This document shows, piece after piece, positions 24,996 through 36,231 of a stretch of DNA of 64,000 bases (positions are counted from its first letter, which is position 1; every line of letters begins with the position of its first letter). The translations under genes were made by a program, and so were the position numbers. The notes beneath the pieces are model-generated. The model searched no databases. It was not told where the DNA came from and worked only from the letters and a program-made list of their open reading frames with translations. Location: NCBI RefSeq assembly GCF_963921235.1, contig NC_086097.1, forward strand, positions 39,744,001 to 39,808,000. The letters are read 5' to 3'. Source of the DNA: Mobula hypostoma. Taxonomy: Eukaryota.

Positions 24996-26304
24996 TGAAG
25001 CCCCCTTACTGGGATCATATGGAAACTTGGCTTGTTGCTGGCCCTGCTAACAGTCACGGGAGTCAGTGGTGAGAAGGCCATCTTGCCATAAACAATACGA
25101 GTCTAGGGTCAGTATGGTTTGGGGTTTCATACAAGTAAGAATATTGCGATGCTCTGATTAAAGAAACCTTGATTTGAGTGAATGCTGTGTAAATATTGCC
25201 CATACACAATTATCTGCCAGCAAGAAATAACACATTGTACATCACATAAAGTTATAAAGAAAATATATTTACCAATTTCAACCTTATGAAACAGTTAGTA
25301 GGTAAAAGAAAAGGGAAAAAAATTAAAAGAGCCCATTACAGTTAAACCAGTCTAAGTGTGCACATTGTTGGAGTTCATCTTGAAGTTGTCTTTTTCTCAT
25401 GTTCTGGACCCATGGTCCGTGTAAAAGCACACAGCACAAGCTGAACTTTGCTCAAAATCCATCTCCAACAAACGAACACTTTCTCTAGTGTATTGTCCCT
25501 TTCTCCTTGGAGCTATTCAGCTACACAAAGTACCTTGTGCAATGGGAATGATCCTTTCCCCGAATTCCTCAGCCATCTTCCCTCCTGTCCTCTCTACAGC
25601 TCCTGTCAAAAAAGCTATGAACCCCACCAGTGTCTGTCACAAATCTCTCTCTGCCCAGCTTTCTTTAGAGCCTTCTCCAAATTCCACCATCCTGATTGGC
25701 TGACACAGCACTCCTAAAGCAGGCTGAGGGTAGCAGACACCAACAGAATCAACAAACCCATTCATAAGGCCAGTGATGTTGTGGGGATGGAACTGGACTC
25801 TCTGATGGTGGTGTCTGAAAAGAGGATGCTGTCCAAGTTGCATGCCATCTTGGACAATGTCTCCCATCCACTACATAATGTACTGGTTGGGTACAGGAGT
25901 ACATTCAGCCAGAGACTCATTCCACCGAGATGTAACACAGAGCATCATAGGAAGTCATTCCTGCCTGTGGCCATCAAACTTTACTACTCCTCCCTTGGAG
26001 GGTCAGACACCCTGAGCCAATAGGCTGGTCCTGGACTTATTTCCTGGCATAATCTACATATTACTATTTAACTATTTATGGTTTTATTACTATTTATTAT
26101 TTATGGTGCAAGTATAACGAAAACCAATTTCCCCCGGGATAAATAAAGTATGACTATGACTACTATGGACTATAGAACATCACAGCCCCTTATCTTTACC
26201 TGGAAGTGAAACATGCTATCAGCAAGACACACTGCTTCTACAGAAAGCTACTAAAGGAAATATCCCACAACACTAACTGTAAAAATCTTAACCAGGGCAT
26301 TACA
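24996..26304 (-). mobile_element. Probable solo LTR (about 850 bp net) containing a Rex1 3' insertion at about 25715-26174
   Basis: TG...CA ends with an imperfect terminal inverted repeat (tgaagccc / gggcattaca); 4-bp TSD tcta at 24992-24995 and 26305-26308; orientation tentative. Confidence 0.7.
25715..26174 (+). mobile_element. Rex1/Babar LINE 3' end with (gactat)n tail
   Basis: ILDNVSHPLH..FSQRLIPPRCNTEHHRKSFLPVAIKLY. Confidence 0.85.
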
Positions 26305-27246
26305 TCTAAAACTTTGGCAAACTTCTGTAGATGTGCGGTGGAGAGGATATTGACTGGTTGTATCACGGCGTGGTCTGGAAACACCAATCCCCTAGTATGG
26401 AAAAGCCTAAAAACAGTAGGGAATACAGCCCAGAAAATCACGGGTAAAGCCCTCCCCACTATTGAGCACATCCTCAAGGAGTGCTGTTGTGAGAAAGTAG
26501 CATCCATCATCAAGACCCCCACCACCCAGGCCATGCTCTCTTCTTGCTGTTGCCATCAGGAAGGAGGTGCAGGAGCCTGACGACCCGCACCACCAGGTTC
26601 AGGAACAGTTATTACCCCTCAACCAGCAGGCTCCTGAACCAGAGGGGATAACTTCACTCAGCCCACCACTGAACTATTCCCATCGAAATGGATTCACTTT
26701 CAAGGACTCTTCATCTCGCTTGCTCTATTTATTTATTTATTTATTTAATTATTGCTTGCTTATTTATTTATTTATTTATTCATTCATCCATTCATTCTTT
26801 CTTTCTTTTTGTATTTGCACAGTTGCTTTCTTTTGCACTTTGGTTGTTGTTTGCCCGATTGGGTGCGGTCTTTCATTATTAATTCTATCGTGCTTCTTGT
26901 ATTTACTGTGATTGCCTGAAAGAAAATGAGTCTCAGGATTGTATATGGTGAAAATATGTACTTTGCTAATAAATTTACTTTGAACTTTGAATTTGGTAGA
27001 ACCCAAAAGAACCAAAAGGCAATAATCTGAGTAATTAAACAGGCTCACAGTAAAACTCCAATAATCTTGCAACTTCAGCTCTTCAGTAGTGTCTGGCCAG
27101 CAGGTTTCCCAGATTATTGGATATTACTCCTATTAATACCACAAAACAATTTCAATTCCCATTTAATAGATGTCACAGGGTAACACTACATTTTCCAGTG
27201 AAACCTGTGAGTTTCGAGGTCAGTGGGAAAGAGTGCTCCAGTGAGT

Positions 27247-27466
27247 AAACACAAAATAATCTGCAGATGCTGGGGTCAAAGCAACACTCACAACACGCTG
27301 GAGGAACTCAGCATGTCGGGCAGCATCCGTGGAAATGATCAGTCGACGTTTCAGGCCGGAACCCTTTATTAGGCAGTCCTGACGGAGGGTTCTGGCCCGA
27401 AACGTTGACTGATTGTTTCCACGGATGCTGCCCGACATGCTGAGTTCCTCCAGCGTGTTGTGAGTG
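27247..27466. mobile_element. Palindromic (fold-back) Penelope-terminus mini-element with two opposed, degenerate hammerhead motifs
   Basis: Perfect 51-bp inverted arms 27285-27335 and 27416-27466; perfect 14-bp TSD gtgctccagtgagt at 27233-27246 and 27467-27480. Confidence 0.88.
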
Positions 27467-27875
27467 GTGCTCCAGTGAGTTTCAAATGAGGCTCGGGACA
27501 GGGCTCTGGTGAATTTACAGAGAATGTGGGAAACAAGGCCTTGGTCATTTGAAGGAAAGCACCTGGCAAATGCCAAGCACTATGATTTCTGAATATGTGG
27601 GATTGCAGATTACCTGAGTTGTATAGCAGTTTCAATTTTTCTTACCTCTCCTAATCCCATATTTCCTCATGATTTTGCTTGTTATGCATGACCTTTCATG
27701 AGAGTAAATATTTTAAGTTGTTTCTGTGTTGGGCTCTGCAGATCTCAGTGAGGATTCCTCCACCTCACTGAGTGAAGAGCCTTGCTCCGGCTTCAGTTGC
27801 TCCCATGCACCTGCAGAACACGGTGCTCTGAAAAAATTCTGAATAACTGCAGATTTCTGTGTAAAAACCCTTGTG

Positions 27876-29673
27876 TATATCAATGGAAAAAAAGAAAAAA
27901 AAAAAACCCCCAAAAAAAACCCCACCGTGCAACTAACTAAAAGCAAAGCAAAGCAATGGGCTAACTTGAAACCAAACAGAGTTAAACTTAAAATCACGTC
28001 CTCAATCCCGATCTCCATTAAAACAGTGAGAAAAGAACAAGAAGGGTAAATATTACATTAAATGAAAATATCGAATAAAAGGTCCCCAAATCTGTTCAAA
28101 TTTAAATGAAGAATCATAAAGGTTACTTCTAATTTTCTCCAGATTCAAACATAAAATCGTCTGAGAAAACCAAAAAAAGGTAGTTGGAGCATTAAGCTCT
28201 TTCCAATGTTGTAAAATACATCTTTTCGCCATCAAAGTAAGAAATGCAATCATTCTACGGGCTGAAGGGGAAAGATTACTAGAAATTTTAGGTAGTCCAA
28301 AGATAGCAGTAATAGGGTGAGGAGAGATATCTATATTTAATACCTTAGAAATAATATTGAAAATATCTCTCCAAAAAGTTTCCAAAGTAGGGCAAGACCA
28401 AAACATATGAGTTAAAGAGGCTATCTGCCCCGAACATCTATCACAGAAAGGATTAATATGCGAGTAAAAACGCGCTAACTTATCTTTGGACATATGTGCT
28501 CTATGAACCACTTTAAATTGAATTAGGGAATGTTTAGCGCAAATAGAGGAAGTATTAACTAATTGTAAAATCTGCCCCCAATCATCCACAGAAATGGTAA
28601 GTCCCAATTCCTGTTCCCAATCTACCCTAATCTTATCAAATGGAGCTTTCCTAAGTTTCATAATAATATTATAAATCATAGCCGATGCACCTTTCTGACA
28701 TGGATTAAGGTTAATTATCGAATCTAAAATATATATAGGAGGAAGCATTGGAAAGGAAGAAAGTATAGTACTTAGGAAATTTCTAACTTGTAAATATCTA
28801 AAAAAATGTATTCTTGATAAGTTATATTTATTAGATAATTGTTCAAAAGACATAAGGGAACCATCTAAAAATAAATCCAAAAACCGTAAAATACCCTTAG
28901 TCTTCCAAGTTTGAAAAGCGCGATCCGTAAAAGAGGGAGGAAAAAATATGTTACCTAAAATAGGAATCGCTAACCCGAATTGATTAAGATCAAAAAATTT
29001 TCTGAATTGAAACCAAATACGCAAAGCATATTTAACGATCGGGTTAGAGACCTGCTTAAGGCGTTTCGAATCAAAGGGAAGAGATGAACCTAAAATAGAA
29101 CCAAGTGTATAACCCTGAACAGATTGTAATTCCAATGCTACCCATTTAGGAATAGATAGTATGTCCCGGTCAAGTAGCCAAAATTTCATATGTCGAATAT
29201 TAATAGCCCAATAATAAAATCTAAAGTTAGGTAATGCTAAACCTCCATCTCTCTTAGCTTTCTGTAAATGTATTTTACCCAGTCTCGGATTCTTATTCTG
29301 CCAAATAAATGAAGAAATTTTAGAGTCGACTTTATCAAAAAAAGATTTAGGAACGAAAATTGGTAATGCCTGAAACACATATAAAAATTTTGGCAAAAAA
29401 AACATCTTAACTGCATAAATACGACCGCTTTTAGTTAGTTGCACGGTGGGTTTTTTTTTGGGGTTTTTTTTTTCTTTTTTTTCCATTGATATATATAAAA
29501 TCTAGTATACTATTATGTTATCTTGGTTTCTTATGCTTAAATTACATTGTTTGTAGTATTTTCTTTTTGGTATTGTTATCTTTTGGAATTTTATTATACT
29601 TTAACATTGTATTAATGTTTATATGGCTTACCTTTTTTGTATACTTACTCAATAAAAAGATTTAAAAAGAAAA
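27876..29673. mobile_element. L1-clade LINE, 5'-truncated and inverted (twin-priming structure)
   Basis: 15-bp TSD gtaaaaacccttgtg at 27861-27875 and 29674-29688; 3' UTR, AATAAA (29651) and A-rich tail on plus; ORF2 segment on minus. Confidence 0.9.
28053..29486 (-). CDS. Uninterrupted 477-codon ORF: L1 ORF2 C-terminal region with CCHC zinc knuckle; the first 20 or so codons come from the inverted 3' UTR
   Basis: GRI.AVKM..LPKFLY, GGLALPNFRFYYWA, FRYLQVR, CDRC..SLTHMFWSCP; expression unknown. Confidence 0.75.
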   Translation of the reverse strand: MEKKEKKNPKKKPTVQLTKSGRIYAVKMFFLPKFLYVFQALPIFVPKSFFDKVDSKISSFIWQNKNPRLGKIHLQKAKRDGGLALPNFRFYYWAINIRHMKFWLLDRDILSIPKWVALELQSVQGYTLGSILGSSLPFDSKRLKQVSNPIVKYALRIWFQFRKFFDLNQFGLAIPILGNIFFPPSFTDRAFQTWKTKGILRFLDLFLDGSLMSFEQLSNKYNLSRIHFFRYLQVRNFLSTILSSFPMLPPIYILDSIINLNPCQKGASAMIYNIIMKLRKAPFDKIRVDWEQELGLTISVDDWGQILQLVNTSSICAKHSLIQFKVVHRAHMSKDKLARFYSHINPFCDRCSGQIASLTHMFWSCPTLETFWRDIFNIISKVLNIDISPHPITAIFGLPKISSNLSPSARRMIAFLTLMAKRCILQHWKELNAPTTFFWFSQTILCLNLEKIRSNLYDSSFKFEQIWGPFIRYFHLM

Positions 29674-29885
29674 GTAAAAACCCTTGTGAAGACTGTTGGC
29701 ATCTGCTCATATGATAAAAGATAATTGCCATTTCCACTGTGCTCACCACAAAATTATTACCTCTGCGTACAGCAAAGAGCCTTGCAGCCCATAGAGGGAG
29801 CCCCTACATCAAATATTAAATTCCATTTGTTGGTTTGTTGAGGTAAATCCACTTCTGCTTGTTCAGATGAAACAATTTACAGCTC

Positions 29886-30707
29886 CAGTGGAGTCTGGTT
29901 AATTGGGAGACATCTTGACAAGTATACTTTGGCCCAATTAATGCTGCCCCAATTACCCAAAGTTTCGTGGATTGTTAAAAAGGTATTAAAAAAAAGACAA
30001 ACTACCGTTTAATTGTAACAAATTATGTATTTAAATGAAATACTGAACAAAATAGAACATTATCAACACTACTACAGTACTATAAAACTGTGTACTTGTT
30101 CTTTATTGTTACCAATGGAGGTTCATCCAGTGTACATGCATGCTGCCACATTCTTATGATTGACTGTAAATGAACAAAATAAACACAGACACCTAGTGTA
30201 GATAATGGACTGCATTCATACAATGCTATCGATGATTGCATCCTCCAAGTATTCATTTTCATTGTAATATTCAAGATAATTGTCAATACCTTCAAATTCT
30301 TCATAGTTCCTAGCTTGTTGAACTAGTGAAATAATTTCTTTTTCACTCCCAGACATTTCTGGCATCTCCAAACCTGATTGCTTGAAAACGCAGTAAGCAA
30401 AACAGTTCTGAATTATCTTACTGCTTATTTCTTGCCAACTACCAGTGACAAAAATCACTGCTTTTTGAGCATAAGCGCACACAACTAATGCCATTTAAAA
30501 ACTGTTCACTCTAATGGTAGTGTCGAACGGCCATACAAGTACACGCGTCTGACGCTAGTTAGAGACTGTTCAGAAACAGACACCTAACCCAATTAAGTGG
30601 CATGGTGTACCAAATAAAGAACGGAATCCCAGCCATTTTCTCGATTAGTCTTTGTTCTTTTACATTTGTCCCAAATAAATGGCAGTCTTGATTAACTGAT
30701 GGCACTG
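29886..30707 (-). mobile_element. Non-autonomous Tc1/mariner pogo/Tigger-like DNA transposon
   Basis: Ends cagtggagtctggttaattggg and ...attaactgatggcactg|ta; transposase remnant GSWQEISSKIIQNCFAYCVF. Confidence 0.78.
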
Positions 30708-31145
30708 TATTATGTGCTGCTTCTTTGAAATGAATTCTGTGCAGAACCAGTTAAAAAAAAACTGTAACGTGTTATTTTGCTAAACTGCAAACTTCTAGGC
30801 ATCTAGTGAGCAGCAAATCCAATTAAATTGTTGAAAATAATTTGAGAATACCTGAGCTCTCATGCAGGAACCCAAAAATAATCAAAATATTAAACAATAT
30901 TTCATGTTACTTATTAAGACTGTGAAGGAAATTGCAAAGGATGAACACGTAAATGCAATTCCATTCTTTGAAGCTTAGTTGAGGCTTCAGAATCAAACAG
31001 TTCTCCAATATCATTCAACACTGGTCATTTGATTTTGATATTTAAGGCAGTAACTCTGAATCTCTGCATAATTACAGCCAACGTTAACATGAAGCAGCCT
31101 TATATCAAAAGGTAATTGAAATGAATTCTTATTTCATTAAAATCC

Positions 31146-31400
31146 AGGCTTGTGGCATAGTGGCATCAGCGTTGGACTTAGGGACGAAAGATCCCGAGTT
31201 TGAATCCTGCCGGCACCCCTGCATGCTTTCCATCCGTGCTGGGTTACGAGCTGGCGATCTCTTTGGAAATTCACCCAGCAGAAGGCAATGGTAAATCACT
31301 GCTGTAACTTGCCTCGTACGCTGTTTCCCACTACCTCAGAGAGGCGTGGAGGGAAATCGTCTGTTAACTGGAGAAACTCCTGATGTGACGTACCTTTCTT
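31146..31400 (+). mobile_element. tRNA-derived SINE with an RTE-type body (distinct from the V-SINEs)
   Basis: Box A tggcatagtgg, box B gtttgaatcc; gaaggcaatggtaaatcac resembles the RTE-partner SINE motif. Confidence 0.65.
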
Positions 31401-32454
31401 ATCCATTCAAACTGTACGTATATTTTTTTAAAAATTAAAAGTAGATCTTTTTGCACAAACATAGGAGCAGAATTTTGCTGTGCTTTTGCAGAAATTTTGT
31501 GTTTTGAATATAATTTTATTGGTGATGCATCTGGTTAATCAATGAAGTCACATTAATAGTTTAATTTGAGCTATGATAGGTATTTTCTACATTTATGGAT
31601 CTTAAAAATGTTTTGCTCTGAAGTAGTATCCATGATAAAGCAACTTATCCCATTTTTATCTATATCTTCAGGCATGTGGAAAGGTATTGAAAACAATCTG
31701 CTGGAACTATTCAGCAAGTCAGGCAGCTTCTGAAGGGAAAGAGACAGGATTAATATTGCAGTTCGATGACCTTTCATCAGAATGAGAAATTGTTAGAGGA
31801 GTTCCAATTTTCGTTAGCATTGGGCAATGGCTGCTAATTGCACTTCCCTCTCTATTTAGTTCCACTGAAGACATGTACCAGAATGCGCAATGTTGACATC
31901 ATTGCCAGTTGATGTTTGCACATGTCTAAAACTGGTATCAAACTTCTCACTCCTTTTCCCCAATAAAGTAAATGAAGAGAAGAAAGCTTTGTGAGAGAAT
32001 GGAAAGCAGGAGAAAGTCCAAGATAAAAGGCTGGATGGACAGGCAAGAGAAGATAGCCTTAGAATAAGTTAAGAAACAAGGAATGGCCCTTGGGGTGCAA
32101 AATGAGCATTGATGAAACATTATCGGAGATTATTGAACGCTGTGTTGAGTTAGAAAATTGTAAAGCAACACACTGTTCCAGGAGTCCAATACTGAGCCTT
32201 AGCTCAGTGCAGAGTCCAAGGGGGTCTGGGTGTGAATTAAATGCATCAGATTTGCCTGCTTGGGGTGATGATTCTAGGAAAAGTTGAATGGGGAGAGAAC
32301 ATGATTGTAGGAAATGGAATGGAGGAAAAAGAAAGATACATTGGAAGAGATGCAGGTGAAATGGAAAAACCTGGAAAAACTAAAAGGCAGTATATATAAG
32401 ATGAAAGGTCTTTGACTTGAAATGCTAACCCTACTTATATCTCTAAAAGACCAG

Positions 32455-33750
32455 CAGACCATAAGATATAGGAGCAGAATTAGGCCATTTGCCCCATAAA
32501 ATCTTCTCTACCATTTCATCATGGCTGATCCATTTTTCCTCTCAGCCTCAATCTCCTGCCTTCTCCTCATATCCCTTCATGCCTTGACCAATCAAGAATC
32601 TATCAACCTCTGCCTTAAATATACATGAAAATTTGACCTCCACAGCTGCCCATGGCAACAAATTCCACAGATTCATTACTCTTTGGCTAAAGAAATTCCC
32701 CCTCACCTCCTTTCTAAAAGGACACCCGTCTATTCTGAGGCTGTGTCGCCCCCATCTTAGACACTCCCATCATAGGAAACATCGTCTCTACATCCACTCT
32801 ATCAAGGCCTTTCACCATTTGATAGGTTTCAGTTAGGTCATTCTGCATTCTTCTCAATTCCAGTGAATAAAGGCACAGAGCCATCAAATGCTCTTCATAT
32901 GACAAGCCATTTAATTCTAGAATCATTTTTGTGAACCTCCTTTGAACTCTCTCCATTTTCAGCACATCCCTTCTAAGATAATGGGCCCAAAATGCTCACA
33001 ATACTCCAAGTGAGGCCTTACCAGTACTTTATAATGTCAGAACATTACATCCTTGCTTTTATATTCTAGTCCTCTTGGAAATGAATGCTAACATTGCATT
33101 TGCCTTCCTCACCATAGACTCAACCTCCAAATTGACCTTTAGGGAATCCTGCACCAAGGACTCCTAAATCCGTTTGTGCCTCAATTTTTCATATATTCTT
33201 TCCATTTAGAAAATAGTCAACTCTTTCATTCCTTCTACCAAAGTGCATGACCATACATTTCCTGACACTGTATTCCATCTGCCATTTCTTTGCCCATTTT
33301 CCTAATCAGTCAAGTCCTTCAGTAGCCTCTCTATTTCCTCAAAACTATCTTTGTATCATCTGCGAACTTTGCCTCAAAGCTATCAATTTCATCATCCGAA
33401 TCATTGACATATAACATTAAAAGAATTGGTCCCAACACAAATCCCGGTGGAACATCACTAGTCACTGGCGGTCAACCAGAAATGGCTCTCCTTATTCCCA
33501 GTCTTTGCCTCCTGCCAATCAGCCACTACTTTATCCGTGCTAGAATCTTTCCCTAAATACTAAGGGCTCTTATCTTGTTGAGCGGCCTCATGTGCAGCAA
33601 CTTGTCAAAGGCCTTCTGAAAATCTAAGTACGAAACATCAACCAATTTCCCTTTGTCTATCCTGCTTGTTATTTCTTTAAAGAATTCCAACAGATTTGTC
33701 AGGTAAGATTTTCCCTTGAGGAAACCATACTGACTACGGCCTATTTTATC
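32455..33750 (-). mobile_element. 5'-truncated CR1 LINE
   Basis: ERVQRRFTKMI..LYSLE; RT segment; (tcttatgg) tail near 32460. Confidence 0.88.
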
Positions 33751-33754
33751 ATTT

Positions 33755-35700
33755 ACAAATCAAGATGATTAGGCAAATTCAGCATGGTTTTGTGAGAGGG
33801 AAATCATGATTGAAGAATTTCTGTGAGTTCTTTGAAAAAGTAACACTGGTGTGGATAAAAGAGAATTGGTAATGTACTATACCTGGATTTCCAGAAGACA
33901 TTTGAAAAGCTTAATGAAGTAAATAAAAGCTCTTGGTGTAGGCGATAACATATTGGTACAGATAAAATGCTGGCCAGCAGGATAGAGGGAGTCAACCTAT
34001 ATAAGTTTATAATCTGATTGGTAAAACATAATGAGTAGATTACCATACAAATCAATGTTGGAAATTTAACTTTGTACTATTTACAGATGAGAGAATGAAA
34101 GATACTATTGATAAATGTATTCCCACATAAAGATAAGGAGGAAAGCAAGTTGTGAATAAGAACAAGGGAAAAAGTTATCTAAATCTAAATGGTGGGCGAT
34201 TTGTAAATTACAAGAGGCAATGGGATGTGGGTGTTTTCATGAATGATTCAGAAGAAGTGTACATGTACAACAGGTAATTAGGAAAGCCAATAGAACAGTA
34301 TTGAACATCACAAACAGAAACTAAGTTGCTGGAAATACTCAGCAGTCAGCCCGCATCTGTGGGAAGAGGAATAAAGTCAATGCTTCTGGTCAAAGGCTCA
34401 TTGTCAGATCGGGGAAGCAATCAAAAGAAGATTGTTAAATTGTAGTGGTGGTGGTGGGGGGGGGAAGGGGTTTTTGTTATATTGGCTTGACTTGGTTCTT
34501 CTCTTTTTCAACCGTTTTCTGCTCTTTGTATTCCTCTGGGAATGGAGGGCATGCTCAGCTTGACCTGTGGGGGCATGTCTTCCTGCTCTGCTTTTTGCCA
34601 TCTCCACATTATTTTGTCAAGGTTTCCACTCTCTAACTTCTCCCATTCCCTCATTAATCAGATAGTCTTGATTACATGTCATCCCATGCTCACTCCAGTT
34701 TTAACCAATCAGAGCCACACCCTCACTGCAGTTTAACAAGTTTCTTTTGTCTCTTTTCCAGTTCTTCAGCCTAAAATGTTGACTCTATTTCCTTTCCCAT
34801 AGATACAGCCTGATCTGCTGATTATTTCTTGTATTTTCTTTTTATAATAGACCAGAAGGTGTAGGAGTAAAATTAGGCCACTTGGCCCTTTGAGTCTGCT
34901 CTGGAATTCAGTCATTCTCCATACAACCTTTAACCCCTTTACCAATGAAGAACACTATAGAATAATATTGTTTGAAATGAGGAGAATTGAGGAGGTTATA
35001 CTTCGTTTGGAACCTTTCGTTTGTCTCCTTATTTAAGAACCGATGTCAAAAATTTGCATGTATTTCAGAGAAGGCTGGTACTGGGGATGGATATGTTGTC
35101 TTATGAGAAAAGACTAGAAAAACTAGGCTTAAGTCTGTTGGAGTTTAGAAGAGTGAGAGGGACTTGATTGAAAACTGCAAAGTCCTGACAAACTTTTTTT
35201 TCAATTTCACAGTTCCAATGAAGAGTCATTGTTTTAGAGATTAGCTGTGTTTCTCCCTCCAAAGATGTTGCTTAACCTACTGAATATTCCCTGAACTTTT
35301 TGTTTCTGTAGCAGTTTCCTGTAACTGCATTTTTTTTGTTTTGCTTTTCATGTCTTGCTGGGGGTGTGGTGGTGGGTTTGACAAGATGGACGAGGAGAAA
35401 ACGTTTTCATTTGGTGGACAGCCTATTGGTTGGGGTTAATGTTCAAACATAAGTAGTTTAAGAAAGAGATAAAGTGAGATTTTTTTCTCTCAGAGGTTAG
35501 GTTCTTTGGAACTCTTTTCCTCAAAGTATGGTAAAGACAAACTGATTTTTTTTACATTAGGAAACTTAATAAGGAAAGGGTTACTGTGGATAGATAAGAA
35601 CATAGAATTGAAGTTAGAGTCCAATCAATTATGACCTTCTGGAAAGTGAAGCAGGTTCAAGGAAATGAATGACCTGCTTCTTCTAATTTGCATGTTTGTA
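33755..35700 (+). mobile_element. Old CR1 LINE with Penelope-terminus insertions (about 34305-34850 and 35205-35345)
   Basis: cagcatggtttt...gggaaatcatg, ctggatttccagaagacatttga, gagtttagaagagtgagagg; collinear with the other CR1 copies. Confidence 0.7.
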
Positions 35701-35943
35701 AGTACGTAGTTAAGCAAATCTGGATTAAGAAGCTAGTATTGCCGCGAAGCCACTTTATAGTTGTAAGAACCATTTGCTTCATTATTATCCTATAGAGAAG
35801 AAAATCTGCCTTTCTTACCCCGTCAGCTTGTACCTTAACGGCTTACTGAAATCTGCTGGTATTCCCTTCAGTTCCTAACAATTATAGGTCAGCAATAACC
35901 TGGCACTTCTCAGCTGCATCCACATGCCTGGCAGAAATAATTT

Positions 35944-36230
35944 GGGCAGTGAGGTAGCATAGTAGTTAGCACACTTTACAGTACAGGTGACCCGGGTTCA
36001 ATTCCCGCTGCTGCCTGTAAGGAGTTTGTATGTTCTCCCGGTGACCACATGGGTTTCCTCCGGGTGCTCCGGTTTCCCCCCACAGTCCAAAGATGTACTG
36101 GTTGTTGGGTTAATTGGTCATTGTAACTTGTCCCGTGATTAGGCTACGGTTAAACTGGGGGCATACTGGGCAGTGTGGCTCGAAGGGTCAGAAGGCCTAC
36201 TCCACGCTGTACGTCAATAAATTAATAAAT
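35944..36230 (+). mobile_element. Well-preserved V-domain tRNA-derived SINE (HE1-like)
   Basis: Box A tagcatagtag, box B ggttcaattcc, V-domain gggtttcctccgggtgctccggtttccccccacagtccaaaga, (aata)n tail. Confidence 0.88.
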
Positions 36231-36231
36231 A

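Larger units (their letters stand above)
24390..26995 (+). mobile_element. Decayed Rex1/Babar LINE split by a solo LTR
   Basis: [26 protein letters not shown]; resumes at 26305 (SKTLANFCRC); ctttgaa tail near 26980. Confidence 0.82.

Noticed and set aside
27744..27772. 10-bp hairpin ctcagtgagg/cctcactgag and a possible small exon
   Set aside because: Short isolated stem with a weak donor and no recognisable product
35944..36020. tRNA genes at SINE heads (also 12945, 21640, 31146, 48500)
   Set aside because: They have A and B boxes but run into SINE bodies and lack a complete cloverleaf
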